From assembly GCA_021432655.1 (NCBI GenBank), contig MU271669.1:1-33512 (forward strand): a DNA stretch of 33,512 nucleotides, read 5' to 3'. Under the pieces are notes generated by a model. The model searched no databases. It was not told the DNA's origin and saw nothing but the letters and a program-made list of their open reading frames with translations. The translations under genes were made by a program, and so were the position numbers. The stretch comes from Atractiella rhizophila (Eukaryota). Of the stretch, positions 1 through 15,787 are shown piece after piece; the first letter of the stretch is position 1, and each line of letters begins with the position of its first letter.

Positions 1-178
1 AGACGCGGTCCATGCGAGCGCGAGTGTTACGGTGGAGAGTGGGATGGAGTTTCGGCAGGCGAAGGTTGGCATGGCGAGCAAAGGGGAAGTGGACGAATGG
101 ACCTGGAGTGAAGCAGGAGCTGAAAAGATTGAAGCCATTGGAAGGGCTTTAGAGCAGCTGAATAACAATGTAAAATGA
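1..178 (+). CDS. Possible 3' end of an unidentified gene entering the window
   Basis: Open frame from base 2 (DAVHASASVTVESGMEFRQAKVG...EQLNNNVK*) ending TGA 176-178; purine-rich like gene ends elsewhere here. The minus strand is also open and has a GTAAGC donor at 193-188, so the strand is ambiguous. Confidence 0.3.
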   Translation, partial: DAVHASASVTVESGMEFRQAKVGMASKGEVDEWTWSEAGAEKIEAIGRALEQLNNNVK

Positions 179-1474
179 TAATTAGTGCTTACCTATTTTC
201 GAAGTTTCGACGGAAACTTATCAATCTCAATGACCCCATTGATCTCAGAAATTTGTCACCCCATTCACTCAGGCAATCTGGATGTGTTTCGCACAAATAA
301 ACACCTAACTTCAACATCGATCGATCATCGTTCAAGCTTTTCAAGTCTCGAGCGCCGTATCTCCAGAAAACAACCCACATCCAAAAGGGGATACTGTAGC
401 TGGTTAGAAATCCCGACAGCCTGATGTGGAATTCGAATCGAACCGAGAGAAGCGAGGTGCAAGCGTAAGGTGGTAATCTAATTTTCTTCCTCTCCTCCTC
501 TCCGAAAACGAAAACAAAGAGAAGAGATGGACATCCGATTTGGTATGAAGGGAAACGGTTGGAGGTGGTCATGCACCCTTTTGGTTCCGTCTGCAACGAA
601 TCATGGGGGCAAACACCACAGTCGTCGGTCGTCCACCTTTTGCTGCTCTCTTGCTTCGGTTCAGCATCCTTACGAGTACTACTGGCTAAAGAGAGGAGGT
701 TAGACGAAGTTAAGAGCTGGGCTCGTAAATATCATGATTAGTAACATTCGAGTAAACAAAATTTGAATGATCCAGCTGGAGCTTTGAGTAACGGCACATT
801 TGTTGTCGTTTGGTATTTTTTAAATCCCGAGGGAATATCACAACGAGGGTAATGAAGGTAATGAGGTAAGGGACAGGTAAGTATGGAATATGAATCTGTT
901 GCTTGTGACGACACTTGCACAAAAGACGTATCACAGTAAATTAGACAAACCGATGGATAGCTGATATCTTACGATATCAAATGGAAAAGAAATATTATTC
1001 ATTCTACAGCCTTTCTCGTCAAATTCACAGGGAAAGACAGATAACTTGGAGTCATGGAAAATTCAACAAACGCGAAAGTGTGCGATGGAACAATAAAACC
1101 TTTCCAATCACAGTCGGTAACAACAAAGGTGATCAACCATTGGTGGAAGCACTCAAGGTTCGAGCAGCTCGACAACCAATGGGATTGTTGAGAACTCCCT
1201 GTGACTCGCTGAAAAAAGGAAAAATATTTTTTGAGCACACACCGTGAGCCTAGATACGCATTGCACCACCTCTTTTTCGTCGCTCTTAACAACCTGCTGT
1301 CCCAAAAAGCTCGCCTCAACATCTAGCCAGGCCTAACTTTCCCAGTTTCCCCAATCCGAACCAGGCAGTTCAAGTGAACAGACCGCAGTTGCCTCAGTTT
1401 GGTTTATCATCGACTATCAGCTTGCTATCAGTGCATTCCAAACCCCAAATTTTAGCGGACCGAAAAAAGCATTC

Positions 1475-6043
<4,569 letters not shown>

Positions 6044-6696
6044 ATTTGTTAAACACTATTTATCGCATCGCAGAAGTTTCAACAACCGCATTTGTATCTT
6101 CAACAACGATACTGCCAGCTCACCTCATTTTCTTGCGCTCGCTGGGCTGTCCCTCTTCCTTCAACGGGAATTTTCACTGTTTCAACAACTCCGTACCAAA
6201 AGAAATCTAATAGAAATGTGTACACTAGGGAATGCATCTAGATTTCAATCAGGCAGCCTCTTCTAGAGCGCCCGGGGAATGACAAGCTGGTAAACGTACC
6301 AATGGACGGCTCCCTAGCTGAGAAGTCATCGTCTCACTGAATTATAACGCCTGCTTGAGAACCATCTAGTGATGCTAGCCCAGCATGCCGAAATGTGGAC
6401 AAAACTTCAGTTTGATGAGAGATTATCAGCCCTTCTCATTTTATCTCGATATTGCATTGTGCATGACTTGCAGGACATGAGTCGATTCAATCAATGGCAT
6501 TGTCAGTCTGCTTTCACGCCACGCTTCCAGTACGTTCAGTACCACATTTGTGATAACCTCAGGAAATCAAGTACATAAAAATCTGCAACGAACTTGAATT
6601 AGAATAACAATTAACCACTAGACGAAATCCGTCCATCAGAACAAGCAGCCCAAATAACCATACAATTTCGAGAAAATGCACTAGATTTCGAAACAC

Positions 6697-7847
6697 TCAA
6701 GAGATTTCAATGCCAAGCTCTTTTGCCAAATCCTTAACCTCGGTATGGTCTCTCGTCGTCAACATCCTACCAGCAGAATTGTAAGTATTATATCCAGCAT
6801 AATGCATTGCGTCCCTTTCACGGGAAGGGAACAAAGGAGGACAGACCTGTTCGTATAGTGGCATTGAAGACCTAACGCAAGCGGTTAAGACAAAAGGAAG
6901 GAAAGTGGGAAACGAGGGAGGGCGTACCAGGACCGAAAATAAAGTCACCTCCAAGCTGTTTCATGTCCCCTTGTTTCCCAATGTACTTCAAGCCCATGCT
7001 CAGTCCATCCTGTCCATAAAAATCGCAGGGTCGAGCAGGTTCACAGATCAGTAATAAGCGATGAAGACGGAAAGCCGCGTACGAAAATGCTGTCTTTGAT
7101 CCCTGCCCAGCCCCTCTTCTTTAGATATGTTGGGTCTTCGCCCTTCTCCAACGTTCTCAAAGTCATTCCCAGCGCGATGTAGGTTGACTTGGTTGGATCC
7201 GCGTAGATGGCGTAAGGAGTGGACAGGAGTGAACGGTAGGGCTTTATGAGCTTGTAATCTCCACAGCCGATGAAAACCTGTTTTAACAAAGAAAAGAGCA
7301 TTAAATAGAGTTATGCGGTATGAGAAAAGAGCCTGAGAGGAAAGACGAAAATACTGAGGATACATAAATTATAGGAGGGGAGGTTCGGAAAGGGAGTTCG
7401 AAAGGACATACCAACTTCACACCCGCCTCTTCCAGCACGGAAGCCTTTACCTCATCCGTCCATGCCTGGACGTATTGTTGACACCTTCAAGGTAGCCACG
7501 TATGTGAGCTGTCACAGCTATCAAAGCGATATGAGTAAGAAAACGTGCATTCCACAGTAAAAGTGTCTATCCTTGGATGTTAGTTCTGGAGTGAAGGAAG
7601 CACTTCGAAAGGACGTACCGGATCCACACTACAGCTGTTTTTTGGTGCTCAAACAGCGACCCCAGGGTTACTTTGTTGCCTATATCCCACCGAAACCGAA
7701 AAAATTCCTCGCTTAACACGATCTGTGAGCTTGAATGACGAAAGAATACAGACCATCTTCGTCGAAGACCTCCAGCTTCGACGCCTTCTCTAACTCTTCA
7801 GCTGACGGTTTCGTGGTCCTAAAGGCCTCTTTGTCTTTTGGTGCCAT
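6697..7847 (-). CDS. AhpC/TSA-2 (AAED1/PRXL2C-like) thioredoxin-fold protein
   Basis: Spliced: MAPKDKEAFRTTKPSAEELEKASKLEVFDEDGNKVTLGSLFEHQKTAVVWIRHFYCGMCQQYV...VFIGCGD...IYADPTKSTYIALGM...QLGGDFIFGPG...RMLTTRDHTEV; the RHFxCxxC, QLGGxF and RDH motifs are typical of this family. Confidence 0.85.
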
Positions 7848-7937
7848 TGTCAGTTAGTCGATACTTTGTTGCAGGATGCTTTCAAGTTGGACGTCAAATT
7901 AGAAAATGTCCAGGTTGGAACAGAAGACGTAACAACA

Positions 7938-7945
7938 CACGTGAC
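7938..7945. promoter_or_regulatory. GTCACGTG bHLH (Cbf1-like) site in a divergent promoter
   Basis: CACGTGAC inside the 154-bp gap between the AhpC/TSA-2 and NDUFA11 start codons. Confidence 0.4.
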
Positions 7946-8001
7946 CTGTGTCAAGGCAGGGGTCAAAGCTTAATTCAATTACCAGAAGCAACGACAGCAA
8001 A

Positions 8002-9743
8002 ATGGCGACAGCAGACGAGGGTAATCCCCTCCTCCTCCGTCCCTCAAAAGTAGACTATACCTCTCCTTTCTTCCTCCCCGGCCGTCCGGCACCTCCAATC
8101 TGGCATCCCGTTCCCGTGGTCTCAGCTTCTTTTACTCAGGTGTGCATCTACTTTCCAACACTGTCGGTGGTTATGTGTGACTCAAGAGTGCCTGTCTTGG
8201 GTGGGGGAACTGTAGGGTGCATATGGGGCAGCAGCGGGATTGTTTTTCAGCGCAGTGCAGAATGCGGTTCAATCTCATAATAAGGGATTTATGGGCGTTT
8301 TCACGAGGTCGGGAGGGACTATTGGGCTCTTTGGTGAGTGATTTCTCATGCGGAGAATATGTTGGCAAAGAGTGAACCTGGAAATGCCCTTATGTTACTT
8401 TGTACGTTCACAGATAGTGCCCTTTCCTCATCGGCTTGGCTTGGTCTAAGCACGCAAACAATCCTTTGATTCGCAATATTTTTCTCGTAAACTCTGCGAG
8501 TTCGGTTGAAACCCCAACTTTTGTTCAACTCCCTTGAATTACCAATGTCGGTTTACTTCATTCTTGGTATCACTGTGTATTTCAGCTCGGTTCCCTCATC
8601 ATAGATAGGAACTCAAGCTGACAAAACCTGTGGCCTTTCAACCGGGAGCTTCTCTTGGATCTTAATTTGATAGTTTCAAACGTCACTTGTCGCAGATTGA
8701 CTTGTTTTCGGACAGAAACTATGATCACTCTCATTAGAGTCTCATACAACTGCCCTGTTATATTTTAACGATTGATGTATGGAGTGACATGGTCAACATT
8801 TTTGTTGAACGACACTCCTTCGAGTATGATTTTGTCTCTTCCTTCAGTCTTCGCTCACGGCAGCCTTCATCTCTCTCCGCTGAATCCAATTGTACTTTAT
8901 ATGAACTGATGGTTGTTTGAAATACCTGCTGGTATTCAAAATTAAAAGCATTGCTTGCATTGTAATTCCACATGATGTTCCTAAATTATCCAAGGGACGA
9001 CTTCAACAAGAATTAATCGAAATATGGGCCGTGCTCAAGAGATCCTCGCTGTATCTTGCGCAAGGTCGAAAGTTGTGTCCACAAGAAGCATGCATAGCGG
9101 CATAGCATAGTGTTTGCATGATTGTTGTTAATGCAGTTCCTGTCGGTTCGGAGTGCCAGTACTCTTAACTCGAGCATATTGACGTGCGATAACCATCAGT
9201 TTCCTCTTCTACATCGATAGTTTTTCGCATTTTGCATCAATTCATTGAGATAACTTTGCATCCCAATTTTTGGTTCCGAATACTATATCAAGGCTGCTTT
9301 GCGACAAATTATAAAGAGTTTGCAGATGCTGATACCATCAATTAGCGGCACTTCCTTTCGTTTACACTTTCGTCGATGGAACCATGCAAAACGTTCGGGA
9401 GCGCGCCTCAACGGACGGAATCAACGGTGCTGCGGCTGGTACGTTTTATTTGCTTCCACCCCAATGAACCAAAACTGAGAAGAAAAAACAAGGATGTGCT
9501 GCCGGATTCCTCGGCGGCCTCTCACAACGCTCTCTGACCAAAGCCTTTGCATCATGTGCTTTTCTTGGAGGAGCAGTTGCAACCTTCGAACTTTCGGGTA
9601 GCAGTTTCGGAGGGGAGATGAATAAGGACGGGAGACGGAAGACCCCAGAAGAACAGCTCGAGGAAAGAGAGTCCTTGCCTGCTGCAGAGGAGAGGAGGAG
9701 GAGGGAAATCAAGGAGAGCTTGAGGGCTGTCATGTCAAAATAG
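8002..9743 (+). CDS. NDUFA11: NADH:ubiquinone oxidoreductase subunit B14.7/NDUFA11 (fungal 21.3 kDa, Tim17-like fold)
   Basis: Exons 8002-8139, 8216-8333, 9346-9438, 9493-9743 join in frame: GLFFSAVQNAVQSHNKGFMGVFTRSGGTIGLFAA...NVRER..DGINGAAAGCAAGFLGG..RSL..AFASCAFLGGAV...EERRRRE. Confidence 0.88.
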
Positions 9744-9836
9744 ACAATTTATCGAGTTAATCTCTAGTTCGATGTGAATGAAGGCTTGACTTGGGGGTAA
9801 GGAGGTTGTGTTACTCACATATTCAGTGTCCCTTAC

Positions 9837-10560
9837 ATGCCTAAGCAATTTGGAATTGCTCGTTTTATGTTGCTCTCCGCCCCCACCATAAGAGAACACA
9901 TTGTCTCTTTTTTCTTTCTGTTACGAACTGCTCGAGCTGTTCGTAGGCTAGATGTTGTTGATCACACGAGTGACACTGCAACATTTGGTAATGCCGTGTA
10001 CGTCCTGCTTCCTGTCTTTCTTTCTCTGGACCAATTTTTGCAAGGAAGGATTGGACTTCGCGGAGGCAGAGAAAGTAACCTTCTTTAATCTAACGGGCAT
10101 CTCACGAATATGACGGGTGCGACGGCACGCATCACTTTTGAGGGGACTGTCGTGATCTTGTCGCTCCAGTCGACTATATTTTGATCTTTCTCTAGGGAAT
10201 CACCTATCTCGGCTCTCAGCATATCAATCACGACAATTTAAGCTACAGTCCAGGCGATGCGGAACCTTTGCAGCTCAGCGGAAATGGTCAACCAGCACAA
10301 TTCGTTGCCTTTCGTTCACTCTTCGGATGCGAGCAGGACGTCACCCAACCTTGCTCGTTACCAACTTAGAGGAAGCGTGGATCGACGTTGAATACTTCTC
10401 GTGGAGTTCGAGGACGGAAGTGAATATGTAGCTACTGGAACAGAAGGAGTTGTGAACTCAACGCTTTCAATCGGACTTCGCATCAAATCTCTCAAGTGAA
10501 TCCTTCCTTCCACACGACATCACTCTCCAACATGTCACCCATATAGGCAGAATACGGCGG
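9837..10560 (+). pseudogene. Decayed gene for a fungal extracellular beta-sandwich-type protein
   Basis: Fragments TNMTGATARITFEGT|intron|GITYLGSQHINHDN and, in other frames, GRHPTLLVTNLEEAWIDVEYF and VEFEDGSEYV; frameshifts and stops lie between them. Family recognised from memory of the TFxGT..I..G / HTLxVTN..DY pattern; boundaries approximate. Confidence 0.4.
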
Positions 10561-11363
10561 CAGCTGTGCCCATCGAAGTTTCCAGAAATGCAAGGCCAAA
10601 GAACTGGACGCTCATAATCGTTTGTTACGACCAATATCTCAGATTTCAGAACAGAGCGATGTTGCGCACGGTATAATTTGTGGTCGTGTGATAAGTTTTG
10701 TTGTGGTCTTAGGTGCCAATCCCCCAGACATCCACCTGAGTTGGTGATACCCTTTATTTTGTAGTCTGATGTACAGCCTTCATTTGCATTATTATCCTTG
10801 GTCAAGTTAGGATGGACAGAGATTTTTTGAAGTAGAATATTTGATACGGTACCCAAAGCTTCCCGTTGCAGTTGATGAAGTAGATTCTGTGCCAAGAACC
10901 AGCAAGAGGCGATAATCAAATTGAGAGCAGATAGCTGAAAGAGATGGTGAACTCTTCATTCCGGGTTTGCGAAAGATCATTTTGCTTTGTATTAAGGATA
11001 AGTGTGAGGTGCGCATAGATGGAACTCGCATCTGCTGCAAGAAAACTAGTCAACGTATCAATCCAATACTCGACTTTCATGGCATTATAAGAATATGTAT
11101 TCTCAACACCAACCATGCCCAAAACAGGACGCACCTCTTGTTGTCCGTCCCACCTCCAGCATTCCTCTCCACCCTGCGGTCCCTGCAGCCAACTCTCTCC
11201 TCCCAAGGTTTATTATCACACGTATTAGCTTCAAGTTTCTCATTGGAGTCCAAAACCAAATCTCGATCACGACTCTCTTTCTTCGCAAGCTTCAACCACC
11301 TTCAACCAACCCTCCAAACACTTCCTCCACCAAAACCCCAGAGCGCATCAGCATCAAATCGGC

Positions 11364-12380
11364 ATGAGCACACGCACCAACACCACCAAGCGTCGAAAAC
11401 TCGACGACGGCACCTCCGCGCCCATGAGCGCTTCGGGTTCACAAACGGGGCTGGGGCAGGGAACGGGACAGAGTGGTGGTGCCGGGAAGGATAAAGAGGG
11501 AGGAACAGGACGGGGGGAGAGGAGGTGGGACTCGCGCAAAGGCCGCTGCTAATGCTGCAGCTCTGGCTGCCGCCGCTCAGGCTCAGGCTCAGGCGTTGGC
11601 TCAGGCGCAAGCTGTCCTGGCTGCTGGGGAGGACAAGTTGGGGAAGAACGATGTGCAGGTTCGTTGATTCCTTCATTGCTTTGCATTTTGCATGCGTTGG
11701 GGTTGTGGGGGGGTGTTTAGGGGAAGGTGAGGATGGATGGCTGATTGCTGTTTCAGTTTTCGTTGTCGAGTTTGAGCACCCAATCCATTCATTCCTACAT
11801 CATCCATCACTCCCTTCTCTCCGATTCGACGCTCCATAATCTGACTTTTGAGTCCGTCTCTCCGCCCTCTTCCTCGAACACTAGCTCCAATTCCAGCGGA
11901 CGAGACGTCGTCCCAAACCGCATCGGCATCGACAGGGAATGATGGAGTTGCGGGAGGAAGGAGATTCGGGAGGAGAGGCGGTTGGGACACGAAAGTCGAG
12001 TCGGAAGAAGGTAGCCAGTGCGAGGGCGAAGGATAGCGCTGCTTCGTATGGTACGGGGTATGGAGTTAACGCTCCATCCGCAGCGGTGGGGAAGTGGAGG
12101 GAATGGAGGTGGAGGGAATGGAGCGAGGAAGAGGGAGAGGGAGAGGGAGGAGGAAGAGGCTTTGTTTGATTTGACGGCGTGGGATACGGAGGAGGAGTGG
12201 AGGAGGAGGTTGTGTAATGTCGGTAGATATAAGTGGGACAAGGAGGCGAGATCTATCAGAGAAGGCGAGACTCTGAGTGGCTTCTTGTACAGCGTGCGGA
12301 ATAAGAGTATGTCTTTCTTTGCGCTTACTGAAGGTCGATTGACTTGGTACTTAGATCGGGTATTGAAAGTGGACCTGTAG
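11364..12380 (+). CDS. SAP30-like Sin3/HDAC complex subunit (apparent frameshifts in this sequence)
   Basis: MSTRTNTTKRRK..., AQ-rich stretch, intron, FSLSSLSTQSIHSYIIHHSL, and C-terminal IREGETLSGFLYSVRNK|NRVLKVDL* resembling the SAP30 Sin3-binding region. About four frame changes are needed. Confidence 0.6.
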
Positions 12381-12563
12381 CACTATCTCTTTTCTTCTAA
12401 TCTCCTTCGTGAGTTTCCCCTCGTCTGCTCAGATATATACTCTAACTGAAGCAGCAGAGCACGCTTGGTACCTTCCATAAGTAAAGCAGTAATCTATATG
12501 TGTTTCTTCTTGGTTCTCGTACTTGAACGTGGCAAATGGAAAACGTGACTATCAAAAAGCCGC

Positions 12564-12582
12564 ACGCGTAATAGGGTTAGGG
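12564..12582 (+). promoter_or_regulatory. ACGCGT (MCB-like) plus TAGGGTTAGGG telo-box upstream of the SPO12-like gene
   Basis: ACGCGT at 12564-12569 and TAGGGTTAGGG at 12572-12582, ~105-120 bp before ATG 12687. Confidence 0.35.
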
Positions 12583-12686
12583 CATTGAAACGCAAGCAAG
12601 CAACCACAAAAGTCATTGGACGCTCGCAAATTCACTCAGAGCATTCAAAATCAAAAACATCCTTGTGAGGGCCAGAAATCTCCAAC

Positions 12687-13294
12687 ATGTCCACTCAGAC
12701 CCAAGACCAGCCCCTTGTCCTTCGACTCCAGTTTCCAACTCCGACTCCTCGCCTGAAACTCAAGCTCCTCCCCAAATGACAGGCCCGTTCCAGCGTGGAA
12801 GAAAGGAGTGCTCGCCAAAGGGTGTGTTCTTCTCTCCCTTCTTTCTGCTGCTGCTCTGGAAAGCAACATGGGATGAATGGACGCTAATATTTGGTCATGG
12901 TCTCTTCGTTTTGTTTGGGTGGCAATCAATCGATCAATCAAACTTCGTTACGCTGCGTTGCGTTGGATGGGATGGATGATAGAACTCAGAGTCCAACGGA
13001 CCAAAACCTGTCGCCCACGACGCAAAAGTTGGCGGCAGCGAAGGGGAGGCATTTCACCAAGTGCGTTCTCTTTCCCACGCGTCGTGTTCTGTTTGAAGAC
13101 TCACGTGGGCGTGATGACGATGTAGGGGTAAACCGGTGTCGTTGTTTGGAGGGATGGGTGGGAAAGGGGCGAAGAGTGGACTTGGGAAGGAGGTGAAGGA
13201 GGACGAGGTGCGTTTCTCTCTCCACTCCTACTTTACCGTTTGTGGTGTTGATGCATGGATGATGTGCGTGTAGGAGAAAGAGGAGAGCAAGTGA
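12687..13294 (+). CDS. SPO12: Spo12-family mitotic exit protein (exon 1 has apparent indels)
   Basis: Exon 2 (from 12983) encodes TQSPTDQNLSPTTQKLAAAKGRHFTK, the Spo12 SPTDxxxSPxxQKL motif; later exons give KGKPVSLF...EKEESK*, TGA 13292-13294. Confidence 0.75.
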
Positions 13295-13529
13295 TATGTT
13301 CTCCTTATGGATGGAGACGGTTGTGTGGTTCTGCAAAATCGAGAGGAGACGTGGATACGCGTTTTGTATTTTTTTACGCGTTCCATTTCGTTCAGTCTTG
13401 TCCATATCTGGGTCGTTCGCATTGTCTTTGTGTCTTTCTTCTTGGTGGGAATATATTCTGCAGTCAGTAATAGACTTTCATCCGTACACTGCAGTCGTTG
13501 AGTACTTGAGTCTCGGACCTGCTTGGTAC

Positions 13530-13600
13530 NNNNNNNNNNNNNNNNNNNNNNNNNNNNNNNNNNNNNNNNNNNNNNNNNNNNNNNNNNNNNNNNNNNNNNN
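13530..13600. other. Scaffold gap (71 N)
   Basis: Run of n characters. Confidence 0.99.
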
Positions 13601-15787
13601 GCTGACTCTTATGCGAGGAACAAAGAGCATGGGTTTCCTCGACGAGCTCAACAACATAGGGTTTCCTCGTCGCAACCTCATGTTTCCGTAGACTCTGCAG
13701 CTGAGCAAGGAGGGTACAGGAGGGTCCCACGCTTAGAGCAGGAGTAGCAGCACCACGCTCAATCCATACCTAAATCTTGAGCTCCCTATGGGCGAGCACA
13801 CTGCCACCACCTCGTAAGCCTCCTCGCTTGCGTCTGCGTATTCCTACCCGCTGGCACCACGCCCCTCCTTATGCAACGTCGGGGGTTAGGCTCTAAAACT
13901 ACGACGACGCTACCGCCTCCCAATCCTCCACCTCCTATGCTTCAAACGACCAAGCTTAGGTTCCACAAAACAGCTGAGGAGCTCAGCAGGTGGCGGGAGG
14001 GTTGGCAGCGTATTCCAGGTCCAGGTTTTTTGGGGAAGAGGAAGAGCAAGGGCTTGGAGAAGTGTGGAGGAAGGAAGCATGGGACTGCTGCTGAGTGGCT
14101 CGAGGGTGAAGCCTTAGAAGCAGGTGAGGCTGTAACCTGTGCCTCAGCTATCCTATGTCCCTCAGTAACAGGGACTTGACCTCTACGACGCTGGAGTGTG
14201 ACAGTGACCAGCATCTTTTCCACCTCAGACGCGCTACTCCCCACTCCCTCTCGTCAACTACTCCCTTCCCGCCAGCCCCTGCCCCCCCTCCATACGGTAT
14301 AAAAAGACGCTAGGTGTGGTTACTTCCAGTCTGACTCTCTGACCGCCCCCACCCAGCAGATCCGCGACACTCCAGCGATTGCGTCACTTCCTCGGGACGA
14401 CGACGGACGCGCCTGTATCCACCGAGGGAGAAAGAGAAGGCTTCCGCTTCTGAACTCACGCTCACCCCTTCTGGAGGGAATATGCCTTATGCTCCTTTGG
14501 AAGGTGGGGGGTATGGGTACCCTCCGAAGGAGATTGGAGGAGGGATGAGTGCGATGGAGGTGAGGAATGCTGAACCAACAGTCAGACCGCCACTTTGGCA
14601 GAGGATGTTGAGGGATCCGACACCCGTAGAGCAAAAGGTGGAGAACTATAGGAGGGGTATTGGGGTCCAGAAGCGGGCGATTGGCTGTTACGTTCTCAGT
14701 CTGGGAATTCTGGTCGCCTTCATTGTAGAGATAGCACGGAAGTAAGCTATCTTCTTCACTTACACTTGGTCGGGGATGCTGAGATGGCGCAGTTGGAAAG
14801 AACAAGGAAAGCCAATAGCTACCTCACCATTCAATCCGTTCATCGGCCCCACCTCCACCGTCCTCATCAACGTCGGCGCGCGTTTTACACCCTGCATGAA
14901 GCCGACATCGCTCGCAAATGCCACCTTTGCCTGCGTAAACGATCGACTGACGACCTCGTCTTCGACCTCGCTCGAATCCTCCTGCACCCTCTCTGACATC
15001 TGTGGATTCGGAGGATTCGGCGGCGGAGACCCAGACCAAAAGTTCCGTTTCGTCCTCCCCATCTTCTTGCACGCAGGTCTCATCCACATCGCCCTCAATT
15101 TGCTCGCCCAACAGACGAGCGTGAAGGATACCGAGCTCCAGATGGGCACCTTGAGGTTCCTCATACTGTATATCCCCGCTGGGATATTCGGATTCATCCT
15201 CGGTGGAAACTTTGCGCTCTTGGGTCAGCCATCTGTCGGTGTCAGCGGTTGTATCTTTGGGACTACCGGCTGCAATATCGTCGATTTGGCCGCGCATTGG
15301 GGGTTGGAGACGAGACCGTGGAGGCGTGCTATATTTATTTTACTCGAGGTCGTGGTCGGTATAGGACTCGGGTTCATCCCAAATGTCGACAACTTTGCAC
15401 ACTTGGGTCCGTTTCCTCCTTTTTGAGCTTGTCGAATTTGTGCTGATGAAGCGTAATGCAGGAGGACTCTCCTCTGGTCTCCTTCTCGCCATCCTCCTCT
15501 ATCCCGTGATCCACACGACCCGCACACACCGCATCGTCTTCTACGTCCTCCGAGCCATCGCACTCCCCCTCCTCATAGCAGCATACGTCCTCCTCCTCCG
15601 AAACTTCGATACCGACGACCCAAGCGCTGGCTGCAGTTGGTGTCGGTACCTCTCCTGTTGGCCCACCGCATCGAACAACCATTGCAAAGGAACAGGGATC
15701 CAAACTACCACTGTTAACGGTCTCAGTCCAATGTTGATGTTGCTTGGAGTGAGGTGGATGGCCCAACGCTGGAATCTTGATCGTTGA
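13601..15787 (+). CDS. Rhomboid-family intramembrane serine protease (5' end unclear, possibly in the gap; solid from 14482)
   Basis: PFNPFIGP, RFVLPIFLHAGLIHIALN, catalytic SVGVSG, VDNFAHLG|G, C-terminal CSWCRYLSCWP...C. The 13601-14480 part is low-complexity with frame breaks. Confidence 0.88.

Noticed and set aside
720..884. U1 snRNA gene on the minus strand (ATACTTACCTG plus Sm-like AAATTTTG ~120 nt downstream)
   Set aside because: No SL-I GAUCA-type loop at the expected position, no SL-II AUUGCAC loop, and no cloverleaf or 3' stem-loop.
189..1322. Minus-strand ORFs 189-596 and 999-1322 as a protein gene
   Set aside because: No recognisable domain and no convincing spliced model.
8334..9345. 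RNase P/MRP, SRP, telomerase RNA or a nested gene in the NDUFA11 intron
   Set aside because: CR-I/CR-V boxes, the SRP helix-8 motif and a CUAACC template were not found; ORFs are short and unrecognisable.
10467..11494. ORFs 10467-10919, 10807-11040 and 10967-11494
   Set aside because: No motifs, mostly non-ATG starts; consistent with intergenic or UTR sequence.
11575..11610. GCTCAG tandem repeats, and GGAGGGAATGGA/GAGAGG repeats near 12097-12150
   Set aside because: Ordinary low-complexity coding (AQ, GGNG, RE); not CRISPR or mobile DNA.
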